DNA of 64,000 nt from positions 4,640,670 through 4,704,669 of the forward strand of contig NW_003526943.1 of the NCBI RefSeq assembly GCF_000181795.1, read 5' to 3'. Source of the stretch: Trichinella spiralis. Its lineage: Eukaryota. Shown piece by piece: positions 58,720 to 64,000 of this stretch. Every line of letters starts with the position of its first letter. Position 1 is the first letter of the stretch. The position numbers and the translations under genes are program-made. A model generated the notes under the pieces. The model was not told the DNA's origin. It saw only the letters and a program-made list of their open reading frames with translations, and did not search any database.

Positions 58720-59168
58720 TGGTTCTCAATTTCTCTTGTGAAAATAAATATACTTGAATCATCGTGAATTTTATCAGCACATTATGCTGATCATCTTTCT
58801 TTCCCCAATTTGTTTGTAATTCTACTATTGTCCAGTGTGTAATTGAATCTTCTCCCACCTTCCCACCCCCTCCCCTCGTTTTTTTTCAAATTCTAACATC
58901 ATCATGCTGATCGAATGATTCAGTGCAATTGTTGATTTCTATTCTGAAATTCATTGTAAAGTGGTATCGATAGAAATTTCAACAGTTGTTGTTGTTGATA
59001 TATTTTCTTGTTCAGCATTATTTATCCAAGTCGGTCGCGCGTTCGATTACATCCAAATTTCACGTATGTAAAATGTGTTGTTTTTTCTTGTATTTTTAGG
59101 GAATTGTATCACAACAACGCTTGCTTGTTTTTTTGTGTGAGTGATTTGGTGGTGTTCGTGCAGTTTTT

Positions 59169-60257
59169 ATGGCTCCAGGGTCGGAAGAGAATGAAGAACC
59201 CCCCGCTTTCGGTACGATGCCGAGCGTTGTTGTTCAGAAGAAGCGACCACGAACTTTGGACAGTGTGATTAGCACGTTGACTGAACGTAAAAGTTCGAAA
59301 TATGCGGATCCGGGTGGAATGGCATTGCCAGTTTTTCGTTCCGATCCGGACGGCGACGTGCTCATCTCCTGCGTCGATTGGAATTGCAACTGCAACGTCG
59401 CTTTGCACAGTCGGATGGCTTTCCGCGGTCAGTCGTATCGTCGTATTGGTGGAGCCGGTCGGTCGGCTGCCAGTCGACTTTACCATCAGCAACAGCTCCA
59501 ACAGCAGCAACACCATTTGCAATTGTTGCAGCAGCAACAGCAACAACAGCAGCACCATCAGCATTTGCACCATGGAAACGGCGGTGGGATTGGATCGACG
59601 TCGACGGCAACTTCTCACAGTTACAAATGCAAACCGCGCAATCGACACGGCGAATCCGGCTCAACGCCGCGCGGTTCGTTGGCCAGCAAGATGAACAACG
59701 GCAGCAGCGGTGGCGGTTCTTCGGCTGCCTCGGTGGACCAGAAGAAGACGACGGTGGGCGCTCAGAATGACATCAAAGAATTTGCGGAATATTTCAAACG
59801 TCGACGTTTCGAACTCGGCTATACGCAAAAGGATGTCGCGGCGGCTTTGGCCGACGAATATCGAGACATCGAATACACCCAACCGTCGATTGCCAAATTT
59901 GAACATTTGCATTTCAGTCCCAATCGACTGAGCCAAATGCGCAACAGGCTGCAAAAATGGTTGGACGAAGCCGAGCGTATTCATGGTGCCGCAACGGCGG
60001 CCGCGGCTGCGGCTGCGGCGGCGGCAGCAGCTATATCCACAGGTTTGAAGACCAATTCTGATCCTCCGCTGGTGATGGTGGTCAATGGTCATTCACAACC
60101 GGAACCACTGAACGGTTATTCATTGAACAGCAACAACTGCGACAATGCTAATAATAATAATAATAATATTGGTGATAATACTAGTAGTAGTAATGGTGTT
60201 GATGTTGATCAAGTGGAACATAATTTTGCGGGTAACAGCTGTTCAGATGTTGCTTGA
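59169..60257 (+). CDS. Single-exon ORF (362 aa) with a POU-specific domain but no homeodomain
   Basis: POU-S at about 59769-59975: DIKEFAEYFKRRRFELGYTQKDVAAAL...YTQPSIAKFEHL...LQKWLDEAE. It is flanked by polyQ/H, polyA and polyN tracts. An acceptor (GTGCAG) lies 5 nt before the ATG. Confidence 0.85.
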   Translation: MAPGSEENEEPPAFGTMPSVVVQKKRPRTLDSVISTLTERKSSKYADPGGMALPVFRSDPDGDVLISCVDWNCNCNVALHSRMAFRGQSYRRIGGAGRSAASRLYHQQQLQQQQHHLQLLQQQQQQQQHHQHLHHGNGGGIGSTSTATSHSYKCKPRNRHGESGSTPRGSLASKMNNGSSGGGSSAASVDQKKTTVGAQNDIKEFAEYFKRRRFELGYTQKDVAAALADEYRDIEYTQPSIAKFEHLHFSPNRLSQMRNRLQKWLDEAERIHGAATAAAAAAAAAAAAISTGLKTNSDPPLVMVVNGHSQPEPLNGYSLNSNNCDNANNNNNNIGDNTSSSNGVDVDQVEHNFAGNSCSDVA

Positions 60258-60714
60258 CTTGTTTCTCGATATGGAATAATAATTAATAATAATTCTTCTA
60301 TTCTATATACTATGTTATCGGTCTCTGCATTATTTCTGGTATATTTTATTTTATTTTTTTCAATATCTCCTCATTTGTTGAAAACTGAAGTTCGACTCCC
60401 TCGCTCGCTCACACAGAGGTACAATGTTGTAGCTTATCATCGATCTGCGGTATTTTGTTGGCCGCTTTTCTATTTATTCTCTGTCTATCCAACGCGTGTG
60501 TTCTTTCGTGTCCTGATGTTTTATCATTTTTTAGTGATCGATGACAAACAACCCTGAGCTCGCTCAGATCAGGTAGAATGATGAGTTTATATTATTTTTC
60601 TTTGTTTTCTTTTTTTTTCATTTTGTTTGAGAAAAATATTTAATAAATAAATAAATAAATATGAAAATTGTCAAATGAAACAGCAAGAGAGGGAGAGAAT
60701 GTGAGATTCTTCAT

Positions 60715-61833
60715 TCAAGCTGGTGATGGTTCTTCGGTTCGTGGTTTGCTTTTCGACTTCTTGTTGCTCAGATCATCCAAAATGGAACTGAACTTGGCTA
60801 GTGACAAAGTTCTACCGGCCGGTCGGAGGGTACCGATGTGCGTTTGGAGCCAGTCGATTTTGTCGACCACGTCACTGAGACCTCGGTTGAACATATCTTG
60901 TCGCCACTGGTCGAGACGTTCGTTTTCAGATTCCGCAATTTGATCGGCCCGACGTTTGAAAACCCGCCTCTCTTCGGCGGTCATCGAGTTCCACTGGTCC
61001 GAAACCGAACGCAGACGATGCTGCTGGCTGTCGCCCACATCTTTGTACATCGTTTTCAGCTTTTCGTGCATGAACAGCCGGTACGGCTTGGAGAATTTCA
61101 ACAACGGACAATCGTAACGTTCTTTCAGATGGTCGAGCTCCTTTTTCAACAGTCGCCTAGTGAGCCGTTTGGTGTCGTCGAGCCGGATACCCAGCGTGAT
61201 CGCCTTCAACACGCCGCCCAGTTTGCGCTGCTTCAACGACGTTTCCCACCGCTTCAACGAATCGCTGAATTCTCCGATCGCTTGCAACATTTTGCTTTCG
61301 TATTCCTTCTTTTCCGCGAGACTCAGTCGTTTCCAACTTTTCGCAAATTCCGGCATCGCTTGATGAACTTTCAACCCTTTGCCGGCCTTTTCGAAACACT
61401 CCTTTGTATAATACTGATACGCTGTGGATACTGGCAACGACGGATATTCGTACTTTTTCATCAACTGGGTCAATCGACGCTTCACCGACGCGATTTCTTT
61501 CCCCTCTTCATCCTCTTTTCTCTCATTTGAACTGAAAAATTAATTAATTAATTAATTAATAATTGAATTAAATCGAAACAATCACCTGTCGGTATTTTCC
61601 GCAGCTTCGACAGAATAGACCGCAAATGGTGAAACAATTGTCGTTTTCGACAAAAAGTTGTGCAATTTCGGTTCGGCAACAGAACAAAATGTTAACATTC
61701 GACAAAACGCTGCGAATGTCGTAAACCGCGTCAAACTGCTGTTCAAGATGCCAATTTCTGCCGTTCGATTGATCACAAATACTTTCACTTTTGTCAACTG
61801 TGAAACAATTCCTCCCGTAACTTTCAGCGCCAT
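60715..61833 (-). CDS. Dual HMG-box protein, TFAM/HMG-5-like, with a putative mitochondrial presequence
   Basis: Exons 61833-61586 and 61531-60715 with a 54-nt phase-2 intron. HMG box A: PVSTAYQYY...AKSWKRLSLAEKKEY. HMG box B: KPYRLFMHE...VSDQWNSMTAEERRVF...WRQDM. The N-terminus is basic and hydroxylated with few acidic residues, and the tail is basic. Confidence 0.7.
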
Positions 61834-62344
61834 TTTCGCTTTTTCAAAAATCTTCAAACATACACTTTTCGTTATAAACCAAACGACCAAGCATGAATTC
61901 AATCAGAAATTGAAAGAGCAAAAAAAATCACCATCACCCATATTATTAAATCAGCGCTGTTATTGCGAATGAAATTCAAACTGATTTATGATTTTAATTT
62001 GAAACAAAAACAATTAACTAAGGCACACAACCCAATTTCAATGACAATGCAACAAAGCATTTCAACAATACACAATTTTGCATAACTCTGATCACATATA
62101 CAAAATATAACTTTACCTATCTACCTTGAGTTTCATAAGAAATGTACTGAAACTAGCTTTTCAAAGTATTTTTTCAAAATTTTTATCTCGGTTTAAATTT
62201 ATTATGGCGAATAAATTATGCAAATTGTAAACTATCGACAAATTTTCTTTCAATCAAATACAGAATTAAATGATAATCAAGAATAAAATTCATAAAAAAT
62301 TAAAAACAAACTCCTTCTGCTTACAATAATTATTCAACACACGC

Positions 62345-62366
62345 ACACACACACACACACACACAC
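62345..62366. repeat. (CA)n microsatellite
   Basis: About 11 dinucleotide units downstream of the NDUFAF7 stop codon. Confidence 0.9.
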
Positions 62367-62529
62367 GTGAATGATATAATAAATGCTTGAATAATAGAAA
62401 AAAGAAACAATAACTTTTTCTAGAACCAAATTTCAATATTACAGAATGACAATATTGCACTGTACTAAAAAAGAGCTGTTCAAGATTGACCATTCGAATT
62501 GAACAACTGTATATGATTAATTTTATTGG

Positions 62530-63828
62530 TTAATTTTTATTTGCCAAAGAAAATCCAGGAGGCGCTCTGCGGGATAAATAGTCATTCAATACATTTGGAA
62601 AGATGGAGAAAACTTTAAAATGACTGCCCATTTTTTCACTGTTCACCAAATAGTCGCAGCTTGAAATCAAATAATCACGCTGGGATTCATTTTCGACGCT
62701 GCCGAGCAGTTGTTGCAGACGAAAACCGACGCCCATCCTGAGCAAAAATTCCCCCTGCGTGACCGGCCCGAAGCAGACCACGAGATTTTCGAGCTGTTTT
62801 TTCAAATAGCGAAAATTAACATCAGCAGTCATGTCGACCATGCCGGGATTTTGCAAAGGATCGACAATTTGGTGGTTGGCAAATGCGCGCAAAGTGTCGC
62901 CCTTTTCTCCATCGTGGCCGTAGTCGACGATCAACATTGCACCGCCGAATTCGGTGATCAGTTTGGAAATGGACCGCAGGACGACAACACTAGCCGGACT
63001 GATTTCCCACGCCGTCGACTTGTCGCCGGCCAGCTTTTCATCGAAGAACGCTTTTTGGGTAACCGTTTTTGATGAAGCGAGGAAAAATTTCAATCGATCA
63101 TCACCACCACAACAAATCGATGCATCCTCGTCAACATCGACGAGAATTTCTCTCCAACCGCGAGCGGTATGTTGGAATTTGTGTATCGGCATGGCGTCGA
63201 AAAATTCTTGGGCTATAACCAGAGAAAACCCCCTGGGCAAATCTTCCACATCTTTGTGCCAATGTACGGGAATTCCACTCGACGTATACCTCTTCTTGTA
63301 ACAAACCGTTTCGCCAATCGAATCCATCCCAGTGTTCGTCCACTGTGGACACAACAACTGCTCCTGCTGCCGCGCGAGCTGGTCACTTATTTCTACCAAA
63401 TGTACTGATATTTTATTGCAAACTTTAAACTTGGCCATAGTTCTCAGCATATCTTGCATGAGTTTGCCACTTCCCGGGCCCAGTTCGACCAAATTGAACG
63501 GCCCTTCGTGACATACTTCGTCCAACATCTGTACACACCACAGAGCCAAAATTTCACCGAACATTTGACTCACTTCTGGCGATGTGAGAAAATCACCGTC
63601 TTTACCGAAAATACAACTTCGCGTTGTGTAATAACCATAAACGGGACACGTCAGAGCCCTGTGCATGTATTGGGCAACGGTTATTGGGCCGCGAAGGCGA
63701 ATTTCATGCGTCAAAAGTTCCAAGAGATTTCTTCTGTGAGAAGCAGTCGCAAAGCAAACATTGGGTTGTGCAAAGGGTAACCAATTTTTTAATTTTTGCT
63801 TTATGAAAATATTTTTAAACGATAACAT
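62530..63828 (-). CDS. NDUFAF7: Mitochondrial protein arginine methyltransferase NDUFAF7/MidA (complex I assembly), intronless
   Basis: Motifs GPITVAQYM..L..P..GYY, GDFLTSPEVSQMFGE, LVELGPGSGKLM.D, AQEFFDAMP, VDYGH.G...DTLRAF, PG..DMTADVNF and MG..FKV. The first ATG is at 63828. Confidence 0.96.
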   Translation of the reverse strand: MLSFKNIFIKQKLKNWLPFAQPNVCFATASHRRNLLELLTHEIRLRGPITVAQYMHRALTCPVYGYYTTRSCIFGKDGDFLTSPEVSQMFGEILALWCVQMLDEVCHEGPFNLVELGPGSGKLMQDMLRTMAKFKVCNKISVHLVEISDQLARQQEQLLCPQWTNTGMDSIGETVCYKKRYTSSGIPVHWHKDVEDLPRGFSLVIAQEFFDAMPIHKFQHTARGWREILVDVDEDASICCGGDDRLKFFLASSKTVTQKAFFDEKLAGDKSTAWEISPASVVVLRSISKLITEFGGAMLIVDYGHDGEKGDTLRAFANHQIVDPLQNPGMVDMTADVNFRYLKKQLENLVVCFGPVTQGEFLLRMGVGFRLQQLLGSVENESQRDYLISSCDYLVNSEKMGSHFKVFSIFPNVLNDYLSRRAPPGFSLANKN

Positions 63829-64000
63829 CAAAAATAAAAATAAATCAATATATATTACAAAATTATTTACATCTACTGTACTAGACGAACGTGAAAATCA
63901 ATATTGCAAACCAATTACAGTAATTTATGGAAAATCATTTTTCAAATAATTCTTGTAAATGATAATTTCTGTTACTAGCCTAAGATTTATTATTCAAAAA

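Overview
Eukaryotic, very AT-rich, intron-rich animal genomic DNA with short GT-AG introns, TTTCAG/TTTTAG acceptors and abrupt CpG-rich coding islands. Gene content and style suggest a nematode, most likely clade I such as Trichinella (inference only). Genes reconstructed by eye: 3' part of WDR11 (+), SRBD1/Tex-like S1 protein (-), an AMPA-type glutamate receptor (+), unc-86/POU4 (-), geminin (-), MED11 (-), a Shroom/ASD2 gene (-), a 150-aa four-TM orphan (-), an intronless protein with a POU-specific domain but no homeodomain (+), a TFAM-like dual HMG-box protein (-) and NDUFAF7 (-). A degenerate BEL/Pao LTR retrotransposon with an LTR-like segment lies just upstream of geminin. The most notable items are the homeodomain-less POU protein, the Shroom gene with a candidate internal first exon that would give a signal-peptide-like N-terminus, the LTR pointing at a geminin that lacks the D-box arginine, and the four-TM orphan. 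Exon boundaries were checked for splice consensus and frame continuity only; no database searches were run.
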